A stretch of DNA of 33,372 nt, taken from the NCBI GenBank assembly GCA_046758525.1, contig JBHIAL010000002.1:1-33372 (forward strand). The letters run 5' to 3'. The notes beneath the pieces were generated by a model. That model was not told the DNA's origin. It ran no database searches and saw only the letters and a list, made by a program, of their open reading frames with translations. How positions within the stretch are numbered: position 1 is the stretch's first letter; every line of letters begins with the position of its first letter. The position numbers and the translations under genes are program-made. This stretch comes from a bacterium (GTDB lineage: Bacteria > Aerophobota > Aerophobia > Aerophobales > AE-B3A). Positions 25,816 to 33,372 of this stretch are shown here, in pieces.

Positions 25816-26925
25816 GTGAAGCTTATCTGTAAGAGAGAGGATTTTTTGGAGGGGATGCGGGTGGCGCAGAACGCCTTAACCAGTATCACACTTCCTATAC
25901 TTACCCACGTTTTGATGGTAGCTAAGGAAGAAAGGGTGAGTCTGACCGCTACCAATCTCGAAACTACTATTCGGTCTTCTTTCCCAGGCCAGGTTCAGGA
26001 AGAAGGTGAGATTTGTCTACCGGGGGATAAGATTCTCGATATCTTAAGAGAGCTCCCTCCTCTCCAGGTAAACCTAGATGCCGCAGATACCAAAGCAACT
26101 ATAAGATGCGAGAAGGCAACCTTTCACCTTCTCGGTCTTTCTTCAGACGAGTTTCCCGAAATTCCCAGTCTGGAAGCAAAACAGACTTTCTCTCTCCCTT
26201 CAGAAAACTTAAGAGAGATGATTCAGCGAACCGTTTTTGCAGCCTCCCGCGACGAAACCCGTCAAAATTTAAACGGGGTGTATCTCGAGGTAGGAGAGAA
26301 GGAGCTAAAGATGGTGGCCACTGATGGAAGACGCCTGGCCTTCATGCGCATCCCTCTAGCTCTTTCAGAACAAATTCGGGCTGAGGTTATTATTCCCTTA
26401 CCGGCACTGCAGCAACTGGTCCGAATCCTGGGTCAAGAAAAAGAAGTAAAGATAGGAATAAGCCAAAGACAGATCTTCTTTCAGATGGAACCGGTACTTC
26501 TTATCTCTCAATTGGTCGAGGCAAAGTTCCCCAACTATAGGGACGTGATTCCCACTGAATACAACATAGCAATTCTCACCGACAGGGACGAGCTTTATAG
26601 TGCCGTCAGACGGGTTTCTCTCTTGGCTGACGAGAAGTCACGCCTGGTCAAATTTAAATTGCAAGGTAACATTTTGTATATAAGTGCTAATGCTCCTGAA
26701 ATGGGTGGGGCACGGGAGGAGGTTGCGGTAAGGCCGGAAGAGAAGGGTGATATCGAAATAGGCTTTAATTCTACCTATCTGTTGGATGTCTTTAAAAACC
26801 TGGGGGAAGGGGAGATCCGTCTCGAATTAACAGACCCCGTAAGCCCCGGGTTAATTCGACCCAGTGAAGGTAAGGACTACATCACTGTGGTGATGCCAGT
26901 AAGACTCGAGGCAGAGGAAGTTTAA
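25816..26925 (+). CDS. dnaN: DNA polymerase III beta sliding clamp
   Basis: MKLICKREDFLEGMRVAQNALTS start, ATDGRRLA motif, about 369 aa, followed by recF. GTG start with an AAGGAG SD. Confidence 0.9.
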   Translation: MKLICKREDFLEGMRVAQNALTSITLPILTHVLMVAKEERVSLTATNLETTIRSSFPGQVQEEGEICLPGDKILDILRELPPLQVNLDAADTKATIRCEKATFHLLGLSSDEFPEIPSLEAKQTFSLPSENLREMIQRTVFAASRDETRQNLNGVYLEVGEKELKMVATDGRRLAFMRIPLALSEQIRAEVIIPLPALQQLVRILGQEKEVKIGISQRQIFFQMEPVLLISQLVEAKFPNYRDVIPTEYNIAILTDRDELYSAVRRVSLLADEKSRLVKFKLQGNILYISANAPEMGGAREEVAVRPEEKGDIEIGFNSTYLLDVFKNLGEGEIRLELTDPVSPGLIRPSEGKDYITVVMPVRLEAEEV

Positions 26926-27027
26926 CCAACATCATAAAATTTCATTTACTGGCTACTCATTCCTGACCCCTAATTACCGCGCCAATGGAAGGAAAAATTT
27001 TTGAGTTTTTCTTGATAAGGAAAGGAG

Positions 27028-28149
27028 TTGTGGGTAAAGAATCTATTTGCATCTAATTTTCGCAACTTCGAACGTCTGGATTTAGAGTTTTCTCCTCGAT
27101 TAAATCTTTTCTGGGGAGATAATGGAGAGGGTAAGACCAATCTCCTGGAGTCTCTTTACTGTCTGGGACACGGGACATCTCATCGCACCAAGACCGATGA
27201 GGAGCTAATCAAGTGGGGACAATCTAGTCTTTATCTAAAGGGAGAAGGGGTTAAGTCTGAGAGACTTTTTACGTATGAGGTTTTCCTTGACCGGAAGATT
27301 TCTAAGCTGAGGAAGGTAGACTCGCACCGGGTAGGTTTAAGAAATCCTACTAAATGGCTCTGGATGGTCACCTTCTCCCCGGAGGATATCTGGCTAGTTA
27401 AGGGTTTCCCTCAACAGAGACGAGATTTTTTGGATGCTAAACTTCCTTTGTTTAATTTTCGCTACTCCTACCTGAGATCTTCATACCTTAGAGTTCTCTC
27501 TCAGAGAAATCATCTTTTTTCTCTGAATAAGACCAGAAAAGCCATCAATCAACAGCTAGATATTTGGGATGAACAGTTAGTTGAGTTAGGGTCGAAGATA
27601 GTTAAGCTGAGGCTAGAAGGGCTGGAAAAGCTAGAGTTCTTTTTTAAAGAGATTTATCCAAGGGTAATGGGGAGAGATTCTAAGATCGGTCTGATTTACA
27701 GATGTTCTTTTTTAAAGGATCCTACCCCAATCATAAGCGAAGAGGAGCTAATAGAGATTTTCGGCAAAGAGTTAAAACTAAGAAGAGAAAAGGAGTTAGA
27801 ACTACAGACAACCCTCATCGGACCTCACCGGGACGATTTTCTTATTCTTGCCGATGGGGTTAACCTACGCTCTTTTGGCTCTCAAGGAGAACAGAGGATA
27901 GCAACTCTCTCTTTAAAATTGGCCGAACTTGGTCTGGTGAGCTTAAGAGAAGGTGAGCGTCCGGTGACTCTTCTAGATGACGTTGCCTCCGAGCTCGATC
28001 CTAAGAGGCAGAAACTTCTACTAGATCTGGTTAGACAGCAAAGTCAGGTATTTATTACCACGACCCATCTTTCTTTGTTTGAGCCATCTTTTACCAAAGA
28101 GGGGTGGCTTTATCAAGTGAAGAATAACAAGGTAGAAAGAAAGAGATGA
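27028..28149 (+). CDS. recF: DNA replication/repair protein RecF
   Basis: NFRNF, Walker A GDNGEGKTNLLE, signature FGSQGEQR, Walker B LLDDV. TTG start. Confidence 0.9.
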   Translation: MWVKNLFASNFRNFERLDLEFSPRLNLFWGDNGEGKTNLLESLYCLGHGTSHRTKTDEELIKWGQSSLYLKGEGVKSERLFTYEVFLDRKISKLRKVDSHRVGLRNPTKWLWMVTFSPEDIWLVKGFPQQRRDFLDAKLPLFNFRYSYLRSSYLRVLSQRNHLFSLNKTRKAINQQLDIWDEQLVELGSKIVKLRLEGLEKLEFFFKEIYPRVMGRDSKIGLIYRCSFLKDPTPIISEEELIEIFGKELKLRREKELELQTTLIGPHRDDFLILADGVNLRSFGSQGEQRIATLSLKLAELGLVSLREGERPVTLLDDVASELDPKRQKLLLDLVRQQSQVFITTTHLSLFEPSFTKEGWLYQVKNNKVERKR

Positions 28150-28628
28150 AACGGAACAGTTTTCCCTCCCCGGTCGGTGAAGTATTGGAGAGAGTCTTTA
28201 ATAAATTGAGCCTGGATAAGAAGTTGAAAGAAGTGAAGGCATTAAAGCTATGGGAGGAGGTAACGGGGGAGAAAATAAGCCGACACAGCTTTCCTCTTTT
28301 TGTAAGAAAAGGAAACCTCTTTGTTAGAGTGGATAGTTCAGGATGGCTGACTCAACTCACCTACCTCAAGAATGAGATAATATCGAGGTTAAATCAGAGA
28401 CTGGCAGGAGAATCGATCAAAAATATCTATTTTCGGTTAGGAGAGGTTAAGAAAGAGAGAAAAGGAAAAACCAAAGCTCCCAAAATAAGGATTGGTTTAG
28501 AAAAAGAGGAATTGGCGAAAATAAAAGAAAGGGTGAAAGGAGTAAAGAATAAGTCTATTCAGCTTGTTCTCTCACGAATTTTAATAAAAGATAGGAAAAC
28601 TAAAAAAGAAAGATCCCCCGAGCCTTAA
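28146..28628 (+). CDS. DUF721-domain protein (the recF-adjacent family)
   Basis: Position directly after recF with a 4-nt overlap. The WEEVTGEKISRHSFPLFVRKGNLFVRVDSSGWLTQL pattern is typical of DUF721. Lys-rich tail. Confidence 0.65.
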   Translation: MKRNSFPSPVGEVLERVFNKLSLDKKLKEVKALKLWEEVTGEKISRHSFPLFVRKGNLFVRVDSSGWLTQLTYLKNEIISRLNQRLAGESIKNIYFRLGEVKKERKGKTKAPKIRIGLEKEELAKIKERVKGVKNKSIQLVLSRILIKDRKTKKERSPEP

Positions 28629-28641
28629 TTAAGGCCACAAA

Positions 28642-28669
28642 TTGACTGCAGTGATTTTTGTGATAGAAT
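28642..28669 (+). promoter_or_regulatory. Putative sigma70-type promoter for pcm
   Basis: TTGACT (28642-28647), 16 nt, TAGAAT (28664-28669). Confidence 0.4.
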
Positions 28670-28684
28670 ACAAAGGGGGGGAGG

Positions 28685-29341
28685 TTGGATTACAAAAAGC
28701 TGCGCCAGGCGATGGTAAAAGAACAGCTCATCGTCCGCGGGATTAGCGATGAGACAGTACTGGCAGCTTTTTATAAGGTAGAACGGGAAAAATTTGTCCC
28801 TTCCGATCTACGCAAAGATGCCTACGGAGATTTCCCATTGTCCATTGGCGAGGGACAGACGATCTCTCAACCCTATATGGTTGCCCTAATGACTCAGAGC
28901 CTGGAGTTGAAGGGGTGTGAGAGAGTTCTTGAGATCGGTACCGGTTCAGGATACCAAACGGCAATTCTGGCAGAGCTGAGTGAAGAAGTTTATAGTGTGG
29001 AGAGAATAAAAAGTCTGGCTCAAAAAGCAGAATCACTTCTAAAAAAGCTGGGATATTCTAAGGTTAAGATCTTTGTCAGTGATGGAACGGTGGGATGGGA
29101 GGAGTTTTCTCCCTATGACCGCATTCTGGTGACTGCCGGGGCTAAGCAAGTGCCTCAGCCTTTGGTAAGTCAACTTAAGGATGAGGGAATAATAGTTATA
29201 CCAGTGGGTAATATCTACTCCCAAGAACTAAAGATAATTAGAAAAAAGAAGGGGCGGGTGAGAAGTTCAACTGTGGAGAGATGCGTTTTTGTCCCTCTGA
29301 TAGGAAAGTACGGTTGGAGTGAGGATGTTGGAAGCGAGTAG
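28685..29341 (+). CDS. pcm: Protein-L-isoaspartate O-methyltransferase
   Basis: GQTISQPYMVA, SAM motif VLEIGTGSGYQTA, and the PLI...G ending. TTG start. Confidence 0.9.
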   Translation: MDYKKLRQAMVKEQLIVRGISDETVLAAFYKVEREKFVPSDLRKDAYGDFPLSIGEGQTISQPYMVALMTQSLELKGCERVLEIGTGSGYQTAILAELSEEVYSVERIKSLAQKAESLLKKLGYSKVKIFVSDGTVGWEEFSPYDRILVTAGAKQVPQPLVSQLKDEGIIVIPVGNIYSQELKIIRKKKGRVRSSTVERCVFVPLIGKYGWSEDVGSE

Positions 29342-29810
29342 TTTGTGGGCAAGACCTGAGAGCTTAACCTTCTTTTTAAGCATGCTCCCCATTTTGGAGC
29401 TGCGAGGAGGACTTCCTTTTGCTTTATCACAAGGACTTTCTCCTCTGAGGGCTTATTTGATAAGCGTGGCTGGCAATATATTACCTGTATTTCCTCTTCT
29501 CTTGCTACTCAGAAGGCTATTTATCTTTCTGGGGCGATATAAAATAGCCGAAAAGACTCTTAGCTGGACCATGAAAAGAGCCCGAAAGAGAGAGGATTTA
29601 GTAAGGCGATATGGATTTGGAGGTCTTATTCTACTGGTAGCTATCCCCCTCCCCATCACCGGAGCCTGGACAGGGGTTCTAGTCAGCTTTCTTTTATCCC
29701 TGGAGATCAAGTATTCTTTTGTCGGTATCTGCATAGGAGTTTGCCTGGCTGGCGGTATAGTTCTATCGATGAGTCTGCTGGGGTTAAAAGGAATAAAAAT
29801 TTTCTGGTAA
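29319..29810 (+). CDS. Small multidrug-export-like membrane protein family
   Basis: LPILELRGGLPFA motif and 4-5 TM helices. Overlaps pcm by 23 nt. Confidence 0.65.
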   Translation: MRMLEASSLWARPESLTFFLSMLPILELRGGLPFALSQGLSPLRAYLISVAGNILPVFPLLLLLRRLFIFLGRYKIAEKTLSWTMKRARKREDLVRRYGFGGLILLVAIPLPITGAWTGVLVSFLLSLEIKYSFVGICIGVCLAGGIVLSMSLLGLKGIKIFW

Positions 29811-29817
29811 GGAATAT

Positions 29818-29892
29818 CGGGATGTAGCGCAGTCTGGTAAGCGCGCCTGCCCCGGGAGCAGGAGGTCGTGGGTTCAAATCCCACCATCCCGA
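29818..29892 (+). tRNA. tRNA-Pro (anticodon CGG)
   Basis: Hand-folded cloverleaf: acceptor CGGGATG/CATCCCG, D stem GCGC/GCGC, anticodon stem CCTGC/GCAGG with loop CC-CGG-GA, T arm GTGGG-TTCAAAT-CCCAC, discriminator A. CCA is not encoded. Confidence 0.9.
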
Positions 29893-30026
29893 TTAGAGCA
29901 AGATTAGAGTTTTCATTTCCCTTTGCCCCGAGACCTCAGAGGGGTGAAAACTGGTCCTGAGCTAGCAAGTCTATCTTGTTAATATAAATGCCCGAGGCTG
30001 GACAGAACGCTAGAGAGGGAAGGAGT

Positions 30027-31112
30027 ATGCTCGAGAGAGTGAGTGAGAAGCGAAAAATATGCACGGTGGCCATTCTGATAGGTGTTCTGGCAGCTGCCTT
30101 GGTGCTGATTTTCTTTCCGGAATCCTCCCCTGCCCGCAATTATGTCGTAAAACCGGGGGATCACCTTGTGAAACTAGAGAAAAGATTCGGAGTCCCCTGG
30201 CAAGAGATCAAAAAGATCAATGGCCTAGCTGGGACCACTATTTACCCTGGACAGAAACTCATCATTCCTGAGTTGGCAGTTCGAAATTATTTGGTGAGGA
30301 AGGGAGATTCTCTGGTGGACCTGGGGAGGAAGTTCGGAGTCTCTTGGCAAGAGATCAAAAAGATCAATGGCCTAGCTGGGACCACTATTTACCCTGGACA
30401 GAAACTCATCATTCCCCTAAAAGGCGTGTGGCACGTGGTCAAGGAGCACCAATGGTTATTACTCATTGCCAGAACTTATGGGAAGACATACGGAGTAAGC
30501 AAAGAGGAAATTATTGAGGCTAACAGGTTAACCAATCCTGACAATCTTGTGCCAGGTCAAAAACTTTTCATCCCCCGGGCCAAAAAGGCACTGAAGATAA
30601 AAATTTCCCCCAAGGTCTTAACCAGGGATGTCACTGTATCACGCCCGCCGGCTTCTTTGGGTAAGTCAAAAAAAATCCCTGATTATCGTTTACCAGAAAA
30701 AAAAGTTGTGAGTCAGCCAAAACCTCTAGATACACCAGAGGAAAAATTATCTTTCCTTTGGCCGGTGGAGGGAGAAGTAATCGGTTATTTTGGAGATAAA
30801 GGAAATAAAGGAATAGATATCGCTGCTCCTGAAGGAACTACCATTGTTGCCCCTGCTGACGGAGTAGTTGAGCTTGCCGGATATGAGAAAGAGCTGGGAA
30901 ACTTACTGATGATTAAACATAAAAAGGAAAACCTAATTACTGTCTATACGTATCTATCCTCTTCACTGGTAGGCAGCGGCGACAAGGTAAAGAAAGGAGA
31001 GCCTATCGCAAAAGTAGGAATCACGGGGCCTGTGAAGGTTCCTTGCCTTCATTTTGAGGTTCGCAAAGTAGGAACTGTAGAGCCGGTAAATCCTCTAGAC
31101 TATCTCCCGTAA
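30027..31112 (+). CDS. Membrane-anchored LysM-repeat / M23 family peptidase
   Basis: N-terminal TM segment, three LysM modules (YVVKPGDHL.., YLVRKGDSL.., HVVKEHQWLL..) and a C-terminal M23 domain (GIDIAAPEGT...LHFEV). The ATG at 30027 has a GAGGGAAGGAG SD; the ATG at 29988 has none. Confidence 0.85.
   Translation: MLERVSEKRKICTVAILIGVLAAALVLIFFPESSPARNYVVKPGDHLVKLEKRFGVPWQEIKKINGLAGTTIYPGQKLIIPELAVRNYLVRKGDSLVDLGRKFGVSWQEIKKINGLAGTTIYPGQKLIIPLKGVWHVVKEHQWLLLIARTYGKTYGVSKEEIIEANRLTNPDNLVPGQKLFIPRAKKALKIKISPKVLTRDVTVSRPPASLGKSKKIPDYRLPEKKVVSQPKPLDTPEEKLSFLWPVEGEVIGYFGDKGNKGIDIAAPEGTTIVAPADGVVELAGYEKELGNLLMIKHKKENLITVYTYLSSSLVGSGDKVKKGEPIAKVGITGPVKVPCLHFEVRKVGTVEPVNPLDYLP
30198..30415 (+). repeat. 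Perfect 71-nt direct repeat (30198-30268 and 30345-30415), 147-nt period
   Basis: Identical tggcaagagatcaaaaagatcaatggcctagctgggaccactatttaccctggacagaaactcatcattcc in both LysM modules. The flanks have diverged. Confidence 0.9.
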
Positions 31113-31282
31113 GGTAGTTGATGGCCTTAAAAGAGCCTCCTACTGGCTTCGGATGCTGATTTTATTTTTTCGAGCCAGATAAAAGTCTTTGACTCTTTCT
31201 AGACTGTGAGCTTATTTTGGCTTACAAGATACTTTGAGATTATTATAGGTGCCGATCATTTTTAGCAAAAAAGGGGACTCTT

Positions 31283-31549
31283 GTGGTGCAACAAGAGGTT
31301 GAGATAACTAACAAAATAGGTTTACATGTTAGGCCAGCTTCCATGTTAGTGGAGACCGCCAGTAAGTTCAAATCTGATATTTGGATCGAAAAGGATGGTC
31401 AGGAAGCTAATGGAAAGAGTATTATGAGTCTTTTGTTACTCTCCGCCCCTAAGGGTAGCAAGATCAGCGTCAAAGCAGAAGGACCAGATGCTGCCGAGGC
31501 TGTTCAAGCTCTGGCGAAGATAGTTAAAGACAAATTTGGTGAGGAGTAA
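31283..31549 (+). CDS. ptsH: Phosphocarrier protein HPr
   Basis: His15 context GLHVRPA and Ser46 context GKSIMSL, 88 aa, GTG start. Confidence 0.85.
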   Translation: MVQQEVEITNKIGLHVRPASMLVETASKFKSDIWIEKDGQEANGKSIMSLLLLSAPKGSKISVKAEGPDAAEAVQALAKIVKDKFGEE

Positions 31550-31566
31550 TCGACCAAAGGTGAAAG

Positions 31567-32832
31567 ATGCTCAGTGCTAAATGGGTAAGGGATAATCTTG
31601 ATGAGGTGAAGGAGGGTTTAAAAAAAAGAGGAATGCAGATTAACCTCCATAGATTTCTCTCCCTGGATAGCCAGAGAAGGCACCTCATTCAAAAGTTCGA
31701 TGAATTAAGACACCGACAAAATGTCTATTCTAAAAAAATAGGAAAATTGAGGCAAGAAAACGGGAACCCTCAGGAGATAATCCAGAAGATGCAAAAGGTC
31801 TCAGCAAGAATAGCAGAATTCGAAGAAAAAAAAAGAAAGTATGATGAGGAGACCAGAAATTTTCTCCTCAATCTTCCTAATCGGCTACATCCAGATGTTC
31901 CTGGAGGTTCTGAAAATGTGGAAGTAAGGAGGTGGGGAACACCCCCTAGGTTTGATTTTTCCCCCCAAGACCACCAGAAATTGGGTGAGAGCCTGGGAGT
32001 GCTTGATTTCAAAAGGGCAGCTAAGATGACCGGAAGCGGATTTGTCCTCTATAGGGGATTAGGTGCTCGCCTCGAGAGAGCTCTTATTAATTTTATGTTG
32101 GATCTTCACATCAGCCGAGGGTATGAGGAGCTTTTACCTCCCTTTATGACCAATTCTGCTGCCACCATGGGAACAGGGCAGCTCCCCAAGTTTCGGGATG
32201 ACCTTTATCGATGTGAGAAGGAAGATTATTATCTGGTTCCTACGGCTGAGGTCCCGGTGACCAACCTCTACCGGGAGGAGATTCTGGATGAAGAAGATCT
32301 TCCCCTGTCATATGTCGCTTACACTCCCTGCTTTAGGAGAGAGGCAGGCACTTATGGCAAGAAGATTCAGGGAATAATCAGGCAGCATCAGTTTAACAAA
32401 GTTGAACTGGTAGAATTTACCACTCCTCAGACCTCCTATGGGCAACTGGAGAAATTAACCTCGGAAGCCGAGGAGGTATTAAAAAGGCTGGAGCTTCCTT
32501 ATCGGGTAGTGAAATTATGTGGCCAGGAACTCGGCTTTGCCGCTGCTTTTGGTTACGATATTGAGGTATGGCTTCCCAGTCAGGAAAAATTTCTGGAGAT
32601 ATCTACCTGCTCCAATTTCGAAGATTACCAGGCCAGAAGAGCCTCCATAAAGTTCAGAGCCAAAGCCAATAAATCCACCCATTACCTGCACACTCTGAAT
32701 GGATCGGGTCTAGCTATAGGTAGAACGGTAGTGGCCATTCTGGAGAATTTTCAAAATCGAGATGGCCGTGTCCTCATCCCAGAGGTCTTGCGCCCCTACA
32801 TGCAGGGAGAAAAGTGGATCGAGAAGCCATAG
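31567..32832 (+). CDS. serS: Seryl-tRNA synthetase
   Basis: N-terminal coiled-coil arm and class II motifs (FRREAG, GSGLAIGRTVVAILEN), 421 aa. Confidence 0.95.
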   Translation: MLSAKWVRDNLDEVKEGLKKRGMQINLHRFLSLDSQRRHLIQKFDELRHRQNVYSKKIGKLRQENGNPQEIIQKMQKVSARIAEFEEKKRKYDEETRNFLLNLPNRLHPDVPGGSENVEVRRWGTPPRFDFSPQDHQKLGESLGVLDFKRAAKMTGSGFVLYRGLGARLERALINFMLDLHISRGYEELLPPFMTNSAATMGTGQLPKFRDDLYRCEKEDYYLVPTAEVPVTNLYREEILDEEDLPLSYVAYTPCFRREAGTYGKKIQGIIRQHQFNKVELVEFTTPQTSYGQLEKLTSEAEEVLKRLELPYRVVKLCGQELGFAAAFGYDIEVWLPSQEKFLEISTCSNFEDYQARRASIKFRAKANKSTHYLHTLNGSGLAIGRTVVAILENFQNRDGRVLIPEVLRPYMQGEKWIEKP

Positions 32833-32922
32833 GAGGGGTGTCCGAATTGGCAAGGAGCCGGTCTTGAAAACCGGTGAAAGGCAGCGATGCCCGTCTGGGT
32901 TCGAGTCCCAGCCCCTCCGCCA
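32832..32922 (+). tRNA. tRNA-Ser (anticodon UGA), CCA encoded
   Basis: Hand-folded: acceptor GGAGGGG/CCCCTCC, 3-bp D stem, anticodon stem CCGGT/ACCGG with loop CT-TGA-AA, long variable arm GGCA-GCGA-TGCC, T arm CTGGG-TTCGAGT-CCCAG, discriminator G plus CCA. Confidence 0.9.
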
Positions 32923-33372
32923 GTTTTGATGAACCATCCCTTCGTATTTGGCTTGCCCTCTTTTGTTCAATTTTAACTCCCCTACCGGCCTAGGATAATA
33001 CCCATATACATTTTCACCGGTACTGAATCCCCTTAGTTTCTGTCCTTCCAGGCCACGCATTGTCTTTTTTCTAAGGTCGTCAAGGTAGAGCTCATTTATC
33101 AGTCCACGGATGTGAATGCCCAGTTTGGAGTCCTCTTCACCAGTGACGATGCCATCAGAAACGGATATAATCTTTACCTGATGATAATCAAATTTGAGAA
33201 CCAGTGTGAGCATTTGATGATTACTTCTTGATAGGCGTGATAAATCATCCACCACTACAGCGTCAAACTTTTTATTCTCAAGAGCCTTTTGTAGTGCTTC
33301 TAGCCCTGGTCGATTAACAATTGAACCAGAGATTGCCTCATCGATATAGATGTGCTCATCATCAATGGTCAT
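32923..33372 (-). pseudogene. Large serine recombinase fragment; N-terminus outside the window, C-terminal two-thirds missing
   Basis: Resolvase catalytic-domain motifs (YIDEAISGS...RPGLEAL, VVVDDLSRLSRS, ELYLDDLRKKTMRGL) and the start of the recombinase domain (GENVYGYY). Similarity stops at the tRNA-Ser 3' end. The listed ORF continues only as read-through across the tRNA and serS. Confidence 0.65.

Noticed and set aside
29453-29887. 144-aa minus-strand ORF (MVGFEPTTSCSRGRRAYQ...).
   Set aside because: It begins as the reverse complement of tRNA-Pro and runs antisense to the export-protein gene. It is an artefact.
32710-32922. The 3' part of the 220-aa recombinase ORF in the track.
   Set aside because: This part is translation across the reverse complement of tRNA-Ser and the end of serS (...WRRGWDSNPDGH...). 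It is not recombinase sequence.
1-33372. Scan for CRISPR arrays, rRNA genes, intact IS elements or transposases, retron/DGR reverse transcriptases and known defence genes.
   Set aside because: I found no regularly spaced direct repeats, no rRNA-like sequence, no reverse transcriptase or transposase ORF, and no recognisable defence-system proteins. The only mobile-element signal is the truncated serine recombinase at the right edge.

Overview
Bacterial chromosomal window with tightly packed, often overlapping genes. I found no rRNA, no CRISPR array and no intact transposase. There are three blocks. (1) 1-9.1 kb is housekeeping: a partial ADP-forming acyl-CoA synthetase, rpmF-plsX-fabH, a DUF4139 protein plus an atypical EF-G paralog, bioY, rimI-tsaB-tsaE and a long-form thiE. 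(2) About 9.1-25.6 kb is a carbohydrate uptake/catabolism island. It has two CUT1-type ABC importers (one with no ATPase gene, the other with two tandem MalK-like ATPases), two xylose-isomerase-like TIM-barrel enzymes, a Zn-dependent MDR dehydrogenase, a cytoplasmic beta-propeller glycosidase-like protein and a Tm-1-like UPF0261 + TIM-barrel gene pair of unknown function. It has no regulator gene and carries several gene stumps. (3) 25.8-33.4 kb holds dnaN-recF-DUF721 (no dnaA or gyrB), pcm, a small export protein, tRNA-Pro, a LysM/M23 peptidase, ptsH, serS, tRNA-Ser and a truncated large serine recombinase at the window edge. The best candidate for something undescribed is the 590-bp non-coding gap at 15.9-16.5 kb. 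It contains a 46-nt three-way junction with no unpaired junction bases, further stems and a gene stump, which suggests an unclassified structured RNA or a mobile-element relic. Other notable points: the two ABC ATPases carry complementary motif defects predicting one degenerate ATP site, the EF-G paralog lacks the catalytic His, and the serS stop codon shares a base with tRNA-Ser. All family assignments come from reading motifs by eye; no searches were run.
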